From Somniosus microcephalus (taxonomy: Eukaryota): DNA of 64,000 bases. The number at the start of each line of letters is the position of its first letter. Within the stretch, counting starts at the first letter, position 1. Below are positions 25,771-38,840 of this stretch, in pieces. Under the pieces are notes generated by a model. It did not search any database, had not been told where the DNA came from, and saw only the letters and a list, made by a program, of their open reading frames with translations. Location: the NCBI GenBank assembly GCA_052327205.1, contig CM126224.1, positions 23,808,001 through 23,872,000 on the forward strand. Direction: 5' to 3'. The translations under genes were made by a program, and so were the position numbers.

Positions 25771-27660
25771 TAGTTATTTGAAGCTGGACTTTCCGTAGGG
25801 CGAGACAACTCTACCAGGTTTTCTTCTTCTCACTTCCAGCCCTAATTGAGGGTGTTCAACCAAGGGAAAGTGCTTTACATTTCTAACTTGCATTCAATCA
25901 GAGAGCTACTAAATCCTGCTCCTGGCCGGTAGGCAGATGAACTCAAGCAATAAGCAGCCCTGGGTCTTAAACCTCAAGAACTGGTTAGCAGACTCGACCG
26001 TTTAAACTAATGTAACCTAAACACCCAGAAGGAAAGGAGCGAAACTCAGAGAGTTAAATTTTTAAAACCTATTAGTTGCCCCATTATTTGCCTGTAAACA
26101 TCAGAGCGGAAAATAATTGTACACATGCGCTGCTTTTACAAAAAGGCTGCTGACATCTGAATAACCTGTGAGTTGTGCACAAGGGAAGCAATACAAATGA
26201 ATGTTCTTCTTGAAGGGTACTCACACTGCACCGCAGGCTACAAATAGGTGCCTCTTATATTAATTAATGTTGCGAAACATAGTATTAACGGACCAAAAAA
26301 TGTAGTCGATTACTTCACTACAGGATGATTGTGCAGAGAAATCATGCTTTACTCCATAAAAACTTGCAAACAGGTAAATAATAGTGGCATTATAGACTCC
26401 AAAGAACTGAAAGCACATTTTTGGCAGAATGCCGCACATATAGTTCACAGAAAGGGCATTACGATCATTAACTGATGGATATCCTCTTCGCATAAAAGGC
26501 TTTTGGCCTGAGTTTGATCATTCTGTCATTCTGATACTGCGCTTTATTAATACCAACAGGCAACTATTATAAACCAGGATGGGTGAAGCATCTTAAAATG
26601 GCAGAAGCTGCCGCAACCCCCTGCCCCCTCCAAAAAGTAAAAGTTAATTTAAAATAAATATTATTTCTGCTGATTTTTTTTTTAATGAAAAGTCAACAAA
26701 ACAGCTGTTTGGCTTCAAATTTCTCCCACACTACAAGCAACATTAACCCTAACAAACAGGCCATCCCCTTCAAACTGAGCAGTGGCGCTAACAAGAGAAG
26801 GAGAGTGTGAAATTATTTGTTCTGCTCTTTTAGCCCACATCAGTATAAATATCCTAGACATGTGACACTAAAGGAACAGCAACTCGTGAAATACACCACA
26901 CAACTGCATTTTATTCCCTCATAAACGAGAGAAAAAATAAATGAAAGAAATGATACCACGTCAAGATCAGGCACTTGGGCACATTACAGCCAGACCTGCC
27001 GAATCTTAATGTGCTCAGCGTTCACTTTAACAGGTTTTGATTTTTTATTTTTCCACGTCCTTTTTCTTTACAAAAAGGATTGTACAGGATACTGTACTTA
27101 AGAGCGTGTTGCAAGACAGAATATATTGAGGGGTTCGGCAGGCCTTATAAATTGTTAAAAGTAAATATGTCACCTGGACCCAGCGATACGTTGCAGACTG
27201 GAAACACACACCGCCCATCACGCAGAATAACGTGTTTTGTTAAGGTCCTAATGTTAGTGAATCTGGCTGAGAACTTGCGAGATGACTGGATGGAGCAAGA
27301 GTTGGCAGCCACCTCAAATGATAGCGTGAGAGCAAATAATATGGAACTGTGAAGTGACAGGTCATGTCATTCAGATTAGGGCGGTATGAAGTCTTGTTTT
27401 ACTATTTGATATAGAGCATTTGAGTAACTTGCATATATTTGTGACAATAAAATCCTTTATGAATTATAGTTTTTTCCCCAGTTCCTCTATTTCAAGAGAG
27501 TTCACATTTTTCATCTAACTGCTGTACAGCCCCAACAATTTCTTGCCTCCTCCCAACAGTGTGCTTGTTCTCCATCTCATTCCGCTAATGTGTTTGCTCT
27601 GCACACATCTACAATACATGGATTCAGCACTGTTCCGTCTACCGCTCCAATGCGAGCAAA

Positions 27661-28115
27661 TGGGAATGGTAGTATAATGGTTATGTTACTGGCCTAGTAA
27701 TCCTAGAGGCCTGGAATAATCTGGAGATTTGAGTTCAACTCCCACCATAGCAACTGGGGAATTTAAATTCAGTTAATTAAATAAATTTGGTATTAAAAAG
27801 TTGTCATAAAAACCCATCTGGTTCACTAATGTCCTTTAGGGAAGGAAATGTGCCATCCTTACCTGGTCTGGCCTACATGTGACTCCAGACAACCAATGTA
27901 GTTGACTCTTAACTGTCCTCTGAAATGGCCTAGCAGGCCACTCAGTTATACCAAACCGCTACAACAAAGTCACAGTGGGAGTACCTTCACCATACGGACT
28001 GCAGCGGTTCAAGAAGGCAGCTCACCACCACCTTCTCAAGGGCAATTAGGGATTGACAATAAATGCTGGCCTTACCAGCAACGCCCACATCCCGTGAACA
28101 AATTTAAAAAAAAAC
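27661..28115 (+). mobile_element. SINE family B, full-length copy
   Basis: Head GGTAGTATAATGG...GAGTTCAACTCC (A/B boxes), the shared core, and an A-rich tail. Confidence 0.8.
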
Positions 28116-28489
28116 AAGAATGGTGAGCTATTGCAGTCCTCGTAAAAGAAGTAAAACAGCTTTGTCCATACATACTGGCACCATAGTATTAAGAGAGCTT
28201 GTAGTGTGTCGACAGGAGGCACAGGATATGGATGGAGAGTGGGGTGCGGATCATGAGATTTGAAGGAGAAAGGAAGGCTAAGACATGGCGAGAAATCTAG
28301 GCAGAGACATAGAGCAAGCAAGAGCAACAGAAAATAACTGTCATTATTCGGAACATTGCTGAGAAAAAAATAAGCATGTGGAAGAAATAATCAGCGACAA
28401 AAATGGAGTAAGTGCCACAGTTTATTTATAAACACAAAATATTGAGATCAATGTCCTACCTTGCCGGATGAAGTATTTTTTTCTGGCTT

Positions 28490-28885
28490 TACTCCTCTTC
28501 TGAAGGCAGAGAATCAGGCTGAGTATACAATAGTTGCCTAGGCACCAAGAGCCCTCGAGTACATCACCCAAGTGCCCATTCATTAAGTGTGAGCCTGGAC
28601 GATGAGTATTACTGAAGAGGGGAAAGAGTGGAGTCAAACTCTACCCTGCCAGACAACCTCCTGTGCTTATTTCCAACGGGGGCTACTGGGCAGAAGCCAG
28701 GAGTGGGAATGGACTTCACTTTCCTCCTTAACCTATGGACACCGTACAGCCAATTGTGGCATCTCACTGCTGGGACCAGCTGAGATCAACGAACTCAGTG
28801 CAGACCGAGCATCAAAGCGGCGGCCCTCCTGATCGATATGGTTCAATCACACAAAACCACTCTGTGCATTTAATCACCGAGTCAG
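28490..28885 (-). mobile_element. Old tRNA-headed SINE family C
   Basis: AACTCAGTGCAGAC.../GTGTGAGCCTGGA motifs recur at ~17290-17520, 45090-45230, 48300-49070 and 51180-51515. Confidence 0.5.
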
Positions 28886-29159
28886 AAGGGAAGCTCAGCT
28901 CACAAGTACTTGATTTCCTTTTTCGTTGTAACTTCTGTTTATTTTTTCCATTCACGTGTTGTTTGGAGACACACAACGCCAGTTCAACAAACGGTTGCAA
29001 GAGTAACATTACACAAGTCATTTTTCAAATGTGGGTGCAATATTGATTTTTAACTAGATTGAGGATATTTTATATAAAGAATATTAGCCCTGCATTTAAT
29101 TGCTCCTTTAAGCTATTTCACCATTTTTATATTTTCTTGGTGCATTCGTGCAGACACTT

Positions 29160-29916
29160 AGGTGATTTTGCCAATAGGGGCGCATTGGAGGCGGGACTGC
29201 AGCTTGTCGTGTTTTAGTCCCGCCTCCATCGACTTGTGGCCAACCCACGCTATTTTCCCTTGATTGACCTTGTTAAGACCGCCCAGCGGGCTCAGCAGGC
29301 CAATTAAGGGGAAGCCGGTTACAGAGAAGCTTTGAGAAGCTGTCAAACACTGACATTCTCTGTTGTTTGGTGAGTTCTTGTATTTGAGGCTCACCAAATC
29401 GGTTTTCTGAGCAGAAAGCAGATGGCTGTTACATCGGAGAATACAGCAGCCATTCTGTCATCTCTGCCATTGAGATGCCGGAGCCTCCGGATCCCCAACG
29501 ATTGAAGTCTGCAGGAAGAAACAAAGGTGAGGAAACATTTTTTATCACTTTTCACTCACCTTACATATATACCTCTCCACACTTGCACCCATCACTCACC
29601 TCCACAGCGCATTTCTGGACCCCTCCAACCCCCGCAGACCTACTGCTCGCCTCGCTGACCCTGGCGGGGTTCCCGACGTCGGGAAGCCCACGCCTCTGGT
29701 GGAAAATTGGGGATAATCCTCTTAACTACCTGTTAACAGGCAGTTAATTAGCTGTAATCCCCTTCCCGCCTCCAGGAGACGTAACCCGGTGCGGGTCGTC
29801 TACCCGCCTCCTGGGAAGATGGCACAGAGGCGGGTTGGGGGTGGGATGGGTACCCGCCCCCAGATTATGCCATTTTTCCGGCAGTCCCGCCTCCCCAGGG
29901 CTGGCAAAATTGCCCC
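29160..29916. mobile_element. Non-autonomous DNA transposon (MITE-like), relative of 43748-44562
   Basis: Imperfect TIR GGTGATTTTGCCA / TGGCAAAATTGCC. Internal blocks GGAGGCGGGACT..AGTCCCGCCTCCATCGA and TAACTACCTGTTAACAGGCAGTTAATT are shared with 43748-44562. Confidence 0.75.
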
Positions 29917-30761
29917 CGAATACACAGAAATCACCAAAGAAAGATAGTAAAACATTGACCTAAAAATCTGGTTGATGCCGCACATTTTTTACAGGTGTAA
30001 AACAGGCCCTAAAACATCCAATATGGCGGGTGGCGTGCATGTGCACATTCCAAGCTGGCCATTTTGGCAGAGGTAGAAAAGGAGGTGTCTAGGGTCTGCG
30101 CCTCAAAGAAGTGATATGCAAATAGGCCTAACGCCTGATTGAGGCCCGTTTGCAAAATTGGGCTGCGCTGAATGCAGTCGGCATCAGGCCTGCTGTGTCC
30201 AGGAAAATGTGGTCTACATGTGGCTTAACCAGCAGTCCTTAAAGAGACCCCTGGAGGCTGCACCAAAAAGGTACACTTGTTACAAAACACTTACCTGAAT
30301 GTGGAGTTGGGAGCAGCAGCAGTGTCAATGACCGTTGCCAGCCCCGCTCAGCCCCCTCCCGATTGCTCCCCTCTCCTGCCCGCCTCCCCCCATCCCAGGA
30401 CCAACCTGAGAACCGCCGCTAGCGATACAGCGGCCCGATATCCAATGTCGATTTACCGGCGAGCTGCCTAGAGACGCCCAGCACATGTCCGCAGCTTGTC
30501 AGTCTGAATTAAATGAGGCCCATGGCCCAATATCGGGTGTGCCTCTGGCCTACCAGTTCCGGCGCATAGATTGTTCCCTGTGTCCACTTCGTGCCGGCCT
30601 GCTTCTGATTTCTAAGCCATTTTTAGGCTGATTTGTTTATGTGGGGGGGGGGGGGGCTCGTGTGGAGCATAAACACCAGCATAGGCCTGTTGGGCCGAAT
30701 GGCCTGTTTCTGTGCTGTACATAATATGTAATTATTTGTTTTTCCATCAATAAATTTCCCT

Positions 30762-32205
30762 CCCAGTCACTGCCCCACCCCCTCACCCTTTCCCCCCCAC
30801 CCCATCTCTGCCCACCCCCCACCCCTCAACCCCGTCACTGCCCCACCCCCTCCCCCCACCCCCATCACTGCCCCATCCCCTGTCACTGCCCCACCCCTCC
30901 CCCTCCCCCCAGTCACTGCCCCAACCCCTCTCCCCACCCCAGTCAATGCCCCACCCTCTCTCCCCCCCACCCCGTCACTGCCCCACCACCTCCCCCTCCC
31001 CCAGTCACTGCCCCACCCCCTCCCCCCACCCCAGTCACTGCCCCACCCTCTCCCCCCACCCCAGTCACTGCCCCACCCCCTCTCCCCCACCCCAGTCACT
31101 GCCCCACCCCCACTCACCCCACCCCCTCCCCCTCCCCCCAGTCACTGCCCCACCCCCTCCCACCACCCCAGTCACTGCCCCACCCCCTCTCCCCACCCCA
31201 GTCACTGCCCCACCCCCTCTCCCCACCCCAGTCACTGCCCCACCCCCTCACCCCTACCCCCTGTCACTGCCCCACCCCCTCCCCCCACCCCCAGTCACTG
31301 CCTCAACCCCTCCCCCACCCCCAGTCCCTGCCCCACCCCCTCCCCCCCACCCCAGTCACTGCCCCACCCCCTCTCTCCCCACCCCAGTCACTGCCCCACC
31401 CCCTCCCCCCCGTCACTGCCCCACCCCATCTTCCCCCACCCCCTCTCCCCCACCCCAGTCACTGCCCCACCCCCTCTCCCCTGCCCCAGTCACTGCCCCA
31501 CCCCCTCTCCCCACCCCCATTCACTGCCCCACCCCCTCCCCCCCACCCCAGTCACTGCCCCACCCCCTCTCTCCCCACCCCAGTCACTGCCCCACCCCCA
31601 CTACCCCACCCCAGTCACTGCCCCATCCCATCTCCCCCCACCCCCTCTCCCCCACCCCAGTCACTGCCCCACCCCCTCTCCCCCACCCCCATTCACTGCC
31701 CCACCTCCTCTCCCCACCCCAGTCACTGCCCCACCCCCCAGTCACTGCCCCACCCCTCTCCCCCACCCCAGTCACTGCCCCACCCCCTCTCCCCCACCCC
31801 CAGTCACTGCCCCACCCCCTCTCCCCCACCCCAGTCACTGCCCCACCCCCTCTCCCCCCACCCCAGTCACTGCCCCACCCCCCTCACCCCAGTCACTGCC
31901 CCACCCCCTCTCCCCCCACCCCAGTCACTGCCCCACCCCCTCTCCCCCAACCCCAGTCACTGCCCCACCTCCTCTCCCCACCCTAGTCACTGCCCCACCC
32001 CCTCTCCCCCCACCCCAGTCACTGACCCACCCCCTCTCCCCCACTCCAGTCACTGCCCCACCCCCTCTCCCCCAACCCCAGTCACTGCCCCACCCCCTCA
32101 CCCCCACCCCAGTCACTGCCCCACCCTCTCCCCCCCACCCCCTAGTCGCTTCCCGACACCCAGACAATGCCCCACCCCCACCCCCAGTCACTGCCCCCTG
32201 CCCCA
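30762..32205. repeat. C-rich minisatellite, ~30-bp unit CCCCAGTCACTGCCCCACCCCCTCT(CCCCA)
   Basis: Dozens of tandem copies of the core CAGTCACTGCCCCACCC with variable C/T spacers. Confidence 0.97.
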
Positions 32206-33481
32206 CAGTGACTCACTATCTTGTTCCCAGTAGCTACTGTGCTCCCTTCAAATAATTCCATTAAAAAGTTGACAGGTATGTGAATTGGTGTATAAAATTC
32301 ACCAGTGTTATTGTATAAAAACTTCGCCCTTCGGGCTCTCTACTTATGCAGCAGGGTTAGGTTTTGGCGCGTTCTGCAACTTCTCAGAACGAGCATTCCT
32401 ACTTTTTTCCTGCAACCCAGAAAGTAAAAGTCAATAATTACAGAAACGAAAAGAAAACCTACAGAGAAGTCTTAGTTCATTTATATCTTTAATTATCAGC
32501 AGTAAATGAATGTAATTAACTATGATTTAATGCATATATTGCACAGGTCACCATTAAAATTGTACTGAAATTTCTTTCCTTGCAAGATACCATCACTATG
32601 CGTATCAGATTACACAGAGACACTACCTCCTTTTGTCAACCTTTACAGACTGCACTTGGATGTTTTATACACAGTACACCCATCAGCACACCCTAGTCTT
32701 CCATCAATCCTTTTTTGTACAAAATATATCTATTTACAGGCTGATCGGTAAAGACAATTTAACCACTGAAGGTTTGTTTTCTCTATTGCTGTAAGTGGTA
32801 CATTTTAAGTAATAAAACCAGCATCAAAATGTGCAGGAACCTGCAACATGTTAAATATGGTGTTATATTACAATTCAGTTTCAGCAGCAAAGGCGATCCC
32901 AGATAATATCTGCTGCAGCTTTGGAGAAGCTTTTAGGGTAGGTTTTCTGTTGGAGGTGGGGGTGTACAATTGCGTGCACAACTGGTTGTCCACATGTTCT
33001 TGCGTAACCATCAGAAATATACATCTTTAAAAAAGAAAGCAGAGATAAAGTGTGTTGTGGGACGCAGCTTGATTTGGAAGATGCTACGAAAAATATAGAA
33101 TGAAAATGGCAGCGATGAACTGCAGACATGCACATGCCTGCAGCCCCTTGTTGACTTTGTGCTTGTAGGCGCATAAGTGGCAACACTAGTCGTGCACATA
33201 CAAGCACAAAGACAGCAGGGGACCTCACACATATATCTGTAGTTCAGCCCGACCCGCCCTCATTTATTGTAATTGTATCCAAAGTATTTCCCTTGCCATT
33301 TGTCTCACATATGAAAAATGTTGGATGCAACATCAGAGCAAGCGAACTGCACAGGTGAGAAGGCCACAGATAACGGACAATGGGTGTGTGACAACACCGA
33401 TACCAGACAGTAATATGTGCCAGAAATTGGAGACGTGAAACTGAAGATAAACAATTTGAATATTCTGACAAGTATGCAAAA

Positions 33482-33995
33482 AGGGAAGAACTAGCATTTA
33501 TATAGCGCCCTTCATGGCCTCAAAACATCCCAAAGCGCTTTACAGCCAATGAAGTATTGTTTTTGAAGTGTAGTCACTATCGTAATGTAGGAAATATAGC
33601 AGCTAATTTGCGTACAGCAAGCTCCCACAAACAGAAATGTGATAATGAGCAGATAATCTGTTTTTTAGTGATGTTGGCTAAAGGATAAATATTGGCCAGG
33701 ACACCGGGGAGAACTCGCCTTCACTTCGAAATAGTGCCATGCAACGTTCCCCCGGTCCCGCGCAGTCCGGGACTGGCTTTTCAAATGTAAAATTTTGCCC
33801 ATTGCGGAAAATTGAGAATTGGTCACGCAGCTCCTTAAAGGGGCCATGCACCCAAAAAAAAAATTAGGGGAAACATTGGTGCCATGGGATCATTTACATC
33901 CACCTGAGAGAGCAGACAGGGCCTCGGTTTAGTGTCTCTTCTGAAAGGCAGCACCTCCGACAGTGCAGCACTCCCTCAGCACTGCACTGAAGTTG
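33482..33995 (-). mobile_element. SINE family A copy interrupted by a hAT-like MITE
   Basis: Collinear with 21380-21735 apart from the 33742-33878 insert. Confidence 0.85.
33742..33878. mobile_element. 137-bp hAT-like MITE
   Basis: 8-bp TSD GTGCCATG at 33734-33741 and 33879-33886. Imperfect TIR CAACGTTCCCC / GGGGAAACATTG. Confidence 0.85.
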
Positions 33996-34289
33996 CAAGA
34001 GAAAATTTTTATACAATTATTTCCAGTAGTGTGGTGTAAAAGTTTTCATACGCATCAGTTTGATTATATATTACAATACAATGACTTTCACTTTAATACA
34101 ATTTAGAGCTTTTCAAACATTTTCTTGCCAATTATACTCCAGTTCAATATTGGTACAAGTATGTTAACTCTGGATGTATACAAAAATTAAACGGAAGACG
34201 TTATATGCACTCACTTCATTTTCTGTTTATCTACAAATCAAAGTGTTTCAATAACCTGTCCAAATTTGATGAGGAAGGTTACATGAAAT

Positions 34290-35460
34290 AGATTAGAATT
34301 CTCCTGACCTCACTTTCAAACATCTGACAAAATAATTACAGATGAGGGAGGCCCTTTGGCCCATCTTAATACATCCACCGAGAAGAATTCTACAATCACT
34401 CCATTTCAGCACTAATTGTTTCTGAAATGATTTTAGGGTTTTTGCCTCCACTGTTCTATCTGTAAGTTCATTCCAAGCATTGAACACTCTTTGCATAAGA
34501 AAGTACTTCCTGATATCAGTCTTAAATTTGCCTCTTGCTAGTTTGACCTCGTGTCCCTTAGTCCTACTGTCACAATTTAAACTAACCAATATTTACCATT
34601 ATAACAACAGAAAATGCTGGAAAAACTCAGCAGGTCAGGCAACATCCGTGGAGAGAAATTTGAGTTGACGTTTTGGGTCGAACCCTTCTTCAAAACTGGA
34701 AAGAAAAGAAAATAGATCAAAGGCAGGGCTGCGATCGGACAAAAGAAACAAAAGAAGTAAAAGAAACAATAAAAGGTATTCGAAGCTAGACGAGATGGTA
34801 ATAGGCCGAGATTAGGTGTGAAGTGTACTGGCAGGGCAAGAGATAGCTGCCAGGTGTGAGAGAGAAACAAAAGGAAAGGGGGCGGGGGGGAAAGGAGTGG
34901 AAAAATTACAAGAAAAAATGTAATAGGGGCCGAGGTTATGATCTGAAATTGTTGAACTCGATATTGAGTCCGGAAGGCTGCAGAGTGCCTAATCGGAAGA
35001 TGAGGTGCTGTTCCTTGAGTTTACGTTGAGCTTCCGTGGAACAATACAAGAGGCCAAGGACGGTGAGGTCCGAGTGGGAATGGAGCGGTGAATTAAAATG
35101 ACAGGCGACCAGAAGCTCAGGGTCACCCTTACGGACTGAACGGAGGTGTTCCGCAAAGCGGTCACCCAATCTGCGTTTACCATTTCCATTTTCTTAACAA
35201 TCTTATATACTTCTATAATATCGTCTCTCATACATCTCCTTTCTAGGCTAAAGAGCCCAAATTTCGCCCGTCTTTTCTTATAACTCAGTTCTCTGACACT
35301 TGCGGCTCTTTGTATAGCCTCCAAAACCTGAAGGTTTCCTTTGTTTCTCAGTGACTAGAACTGAATACAGTGCTCAAGATGCAGTCTGACCAAAGCACTG
35401 TACAGTTTGATCGTGGCTTCCTCTGCCTTATACTCTACTGTTTAGGCTACATCGTTCAGC
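34290..35460 (-). mobile_element. Ancient CR1 3' fragment interrupted by a Penelope-like piece
   Basis: Peptides GLFSLERRCMRDDIIEVYKI (right part) and SRTKGHEVKL...KYFLMQRVFNAWNEL (left part). Confidence 0.8.
34601..35175 (-). mobile_element. Penelope-like element 3' fragment (GIY-YIG endonuclease C-terminus plus terminal repeat)
   Basis: Peptide GDRFAEHLRSV...VACHFNS..HS...RKLKEQHLIFRLGTLQPSGLN (34936-35169). Flanking direct repeat TTTACCATT at 34592-34600 and 35176-35184. Confidence 0.85.
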
Positions 35461-37155
35461 TATGACAGAAGCTGACACTAACCTGAGCCCTCACACAGAG
35501 GAATCCTTGAAAAGCTAGAGGGATATGTATCTGCTGAATCTGAACTTGACAAAGTTATTAGCAGCTGTTACTAAGTGCAAGAGTCCAGTCACGCTCCACA
35601 TATGCCAACGTCAGGAGTTCACAGTCGCACGTTTTTGGAATGAAGCATATAGCCACACATTTCAGCAGCTGGTGGATTTATTTCTAACAGTGGTTGGGGG
35701 TTATACCCTGTCATACATGGCTATTTTCAGTCGGACATGGGATGAACACCTCACATACATCACCAACATACTAACCCAGTTGCACAGAGCTTGGTTGATT
35801 GTTAAGGCTGAAAAGTGCAACATCGGTGTGACTGAGGTAATGTGCTTGGGTCATCGTGTGGCTGGGGATAACCCAGAAAGGGGTTTGGGTGTTCCTCAGG
35901 TTAGGCGGTTATTATCATGGGTTTATTCTCAACTGCGACAATAAAGTGGCACCTTTCAGTGATTTGATACAGCAGGTGAATCACAACCAGATCATCTGGT
36001 CTTGATCCAGGATTTTGTAAACCTGAAAGAAGTCCTGTGTGTAGACCCCATGCAAACTGCTCCAGATTATTCCTGGGAATAATCACTGGAGAGTGGCCTC
36101 TGTGCAGTGCCAAGTTGAGTTAAAGTCACAGGCTATTGCCACAGCAAACAGCTTATTCAGCAATCGGAAAGGAATATTTAAGCATCAGCTGGGCACTGCA
36201 GAAGCTACAACCATATTTTTATGGGATTGCATTGACTATCTATTCCACTATAACAACTTGCATTTACATAGCGCCTTTAACATAGAAAAACATCCCAAGG
36301 CGCTATTATTCTGACCACAATCCCTTAGTATGGTGACATTGACAGTCGTCTTGTGACAAAAGTGCACACCTGTTGCAATAGAGCATCACCCTACAAGGAG
36401 AAAGATGGTTGTTCAACATGGTCGTGCATCTCGAAACAGGAGTGTTGATGTGCTGTCGTATAAGGAATAAGAATGGTTTCAGTCCTGCCTAGCACCACGT
36501 CAGCAGTACTCACAAGTATTAAATACGAATGGGGAAGGGAAGCGATGTGACACAAAATGATGTATTTCTGTCTAAGTTTTAGCTTGGAATGGGCTTCTTT
36601 AATTCTATCGCAGTACTTAAGGGGTTAAAAGTCAGCTTCATTCACAGAATTGCTGCAAAAAATCAGTTGTTGTTGTCAAGCAGGTGCTGAAGGAAGGAAT
36701 CAGGCCATTGAATTTAAATACTAGCATATTGTACGATGTGTTCAGATATATTTTGACTGGCAGCTGGTTTTGAATTTAACACAGTTATTTAGATTCACTG
36801 GGTATTGGTCACTTTTTTGAAGGTATTTATGAATCTGGCCTCAAATGAGAGTCTGTTTGTAACCTTCAAAGAGAGATGGTCATGCTAGATAGACACCACA
36901 GTTAGTGAAAAAAGGAAAAGAAAAAGGATCAATACACAAGACTATGCCATACTTTTACATAGCCATTGCAAACAATATGATTTTCTACTATATGGGGAGC
37001 TAGTTAAGCTTAAAAACTGTAAAGATATATGTTATGTTACAGCTGCTATTTACTTGTTCTTTTACTGTTTAACAAATTTATTTGGCAATTAATGCATAAA
37101 TCAATGTCTCATGCAGTGTTACTCTACCACCTTCTGAAAAACAATGAGGATCACG
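35461..37155 (+). mobile_element. Highly decayed Gypsy remnant (RT, RNase H, PPT, probable LTR)
   Basis: RT remnant AIFSRTWDEHL...LIVKAEKC...LGHRV. RNase H remnant YSDHNPLVW...LLQ*SITLQ...VDVLS at 36307-36470. Purine tract 36531-36545, then TGTGAC at 36546. Outer boundaries uncertain. Confidence 0.65.
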
Positions 37156-38169
37156 TGGAAGCATAGGATAAACCTAGTATCTGAAATAACTTGAAAAGGT
37201 TCTTTGACAAGGCCGCACGTTTACCTAGATATCTAGGCAAGTGAAGATTCTCTCTCTGGAACACAGCTGCCGGGATTATCCTCCAATACTGGTGCTCCAG
37301 TGGGACTGGACTTCCGCCTACCCCTCTGTCATTGCTGGAAACCTTACCCAGTTTCCTGGGGCAGATTTTTCACCCAAGCATGGTGGACTCCCAGCGGGAT
37401 TCCTGCCACAGAGAGTGGGGGGCCTACCATGTCCCGGCCACAAAACCCCAGCTGTGCGGCCGCGGAACCAGAAGAGGCAGCTGGGCAGTTAAAGGGACAG
37501 AAGAGCCCTGAAGGCACCGTGATTGGCATCCTAGTGGACCTCCCCATCCCAGAACGTTCGACCACCTTCCCCATGGCAACTGTGGGAAGCAGCGCTAAGC
37601 GAAGCAGACAGGAGGAAAATCCTCCAAGGAACCCAAGGGATCCCCCACCCACCCTGCCACCCCGCCCCCAGCATTTACACATGCTGGGTTGGGAAGGAGG
37701 CCAGCTGTGGTCCCGGAGGGGGTAGGGGAGGGAGATACAGGTCAAGGGGTGAGGCAGCAATAGGTGCTACCACACACTTTTTTTCTTCATTCTCCGCCGA
37801 GATCCTGCCTGGTTTTGGATGGGGTTGCAGAGGAGAATCCTAGGCTGGGAGTCAAAAATATCCGGAGTAAAGAAAAGAGAATGTAGCAATTAATATTTGA
37901 GAAATATGACTGAACTATTTCTAGCTCGAAGTTTACACTTCCACACTCGTGGTTATGCAAACGCTAAATACAACACTTGCCCAGTTTTACAAATACAAAC
38001 ACTAAATCATTCTAATTTGTACATGATTACCAGCATATTGCACCTCAATATATATAGTGCCCCAATAAGTAGTGTTAGATGGCCTATACTAGAAACATTT
38101 GCATTATGTATTCTGCATTATACTCACATTGATTGTAGGAAATTGGAAATATTAAAATAAATTTCAAGG

Positions 38170-38840
38170 ACAGCAACAGTCCAGTTTCAGAAGAGGGCCG
38201 CTAAATTGATGCATAATTTAAATGCCCTTAGTTACCACAATAAATTTAGAGATCTTTTTCCTCTAGAAAAACATAGACATAGGGGAGATTGAGTTCTTTA
38301 AACTCATGAAGGGACTAGATTGTGTCCATGTGGATAGACTATTTGAATTAGATAGGCTACAGAGAACCTGGGGACATGCATATATGTTACATCAGTGTAG
38401 AACTAGGTTAGATGTCAGGAGGTTTTTCTTTTGCAGGGGGGTCATTAACCTTTGGAATACATTGCTAGCTCATACAGAGAGTGTGACAACTTGTTCCAAG
38501 CATTCAAGAGGGAGCTGGACGAGTTCCTGGCTGAGGCTGATATCGCTGTGTACAAAAGGAGGGTGGGATGTTGGGTGATGCACTTTATGGTCACCGTGGT
38601 CTCCTGGAACCTCATTTCATTGCCTTTGAGGGTCCGAGAGAAATTGCCCATAAAGTTTCTTTCCCTGAATCGGCCTTGAAGCCTTTATCTGTACTTTTTT
38701 TGCCTCTCCCAGGAGATTAAGTGGCTGTTGCTGGGTGTGAGGAGTGTTGGGGATCATGATGTTTAGTGCAACATGACTGTATGGAACAGGCTTGATGGAC
38801 CAGCTGGTCAATTCCTGTCATTTTCGTATGTCTGTATATG
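38170..38840 (+). mobile_element. Ancient CR1-like 3' fragment
   Basis: Peptide MKGLDCVHVDRLF...RTWGHAYML...RLDVRRFFFCRGVINLWNTL. Confidence 0.75.

Noticed and set aside
30946-31986. 346-aa Pro-rich ORF and overlapping Gly/Trp-rich ORFs
   Set aside because: Translation artefacts of the minisatellite, whose unit lacks stop codons.
30762-32205. Repeat-spacer pattern reminiscent of a CRISPR array
   Set aside because: The spacers are low-complexity C/T variants, not unique sequences. Eukaryotic context and no cas genes.
32868-33050. Strong minus-strand acceptor (AG at 33026-33025) that would extend exon 2 in frame for 51 codons
   Set aside because: The peptide resembles nothing in LMX1B. Such sites occur by chance in a 59-kb intron and would need RNA evidence.
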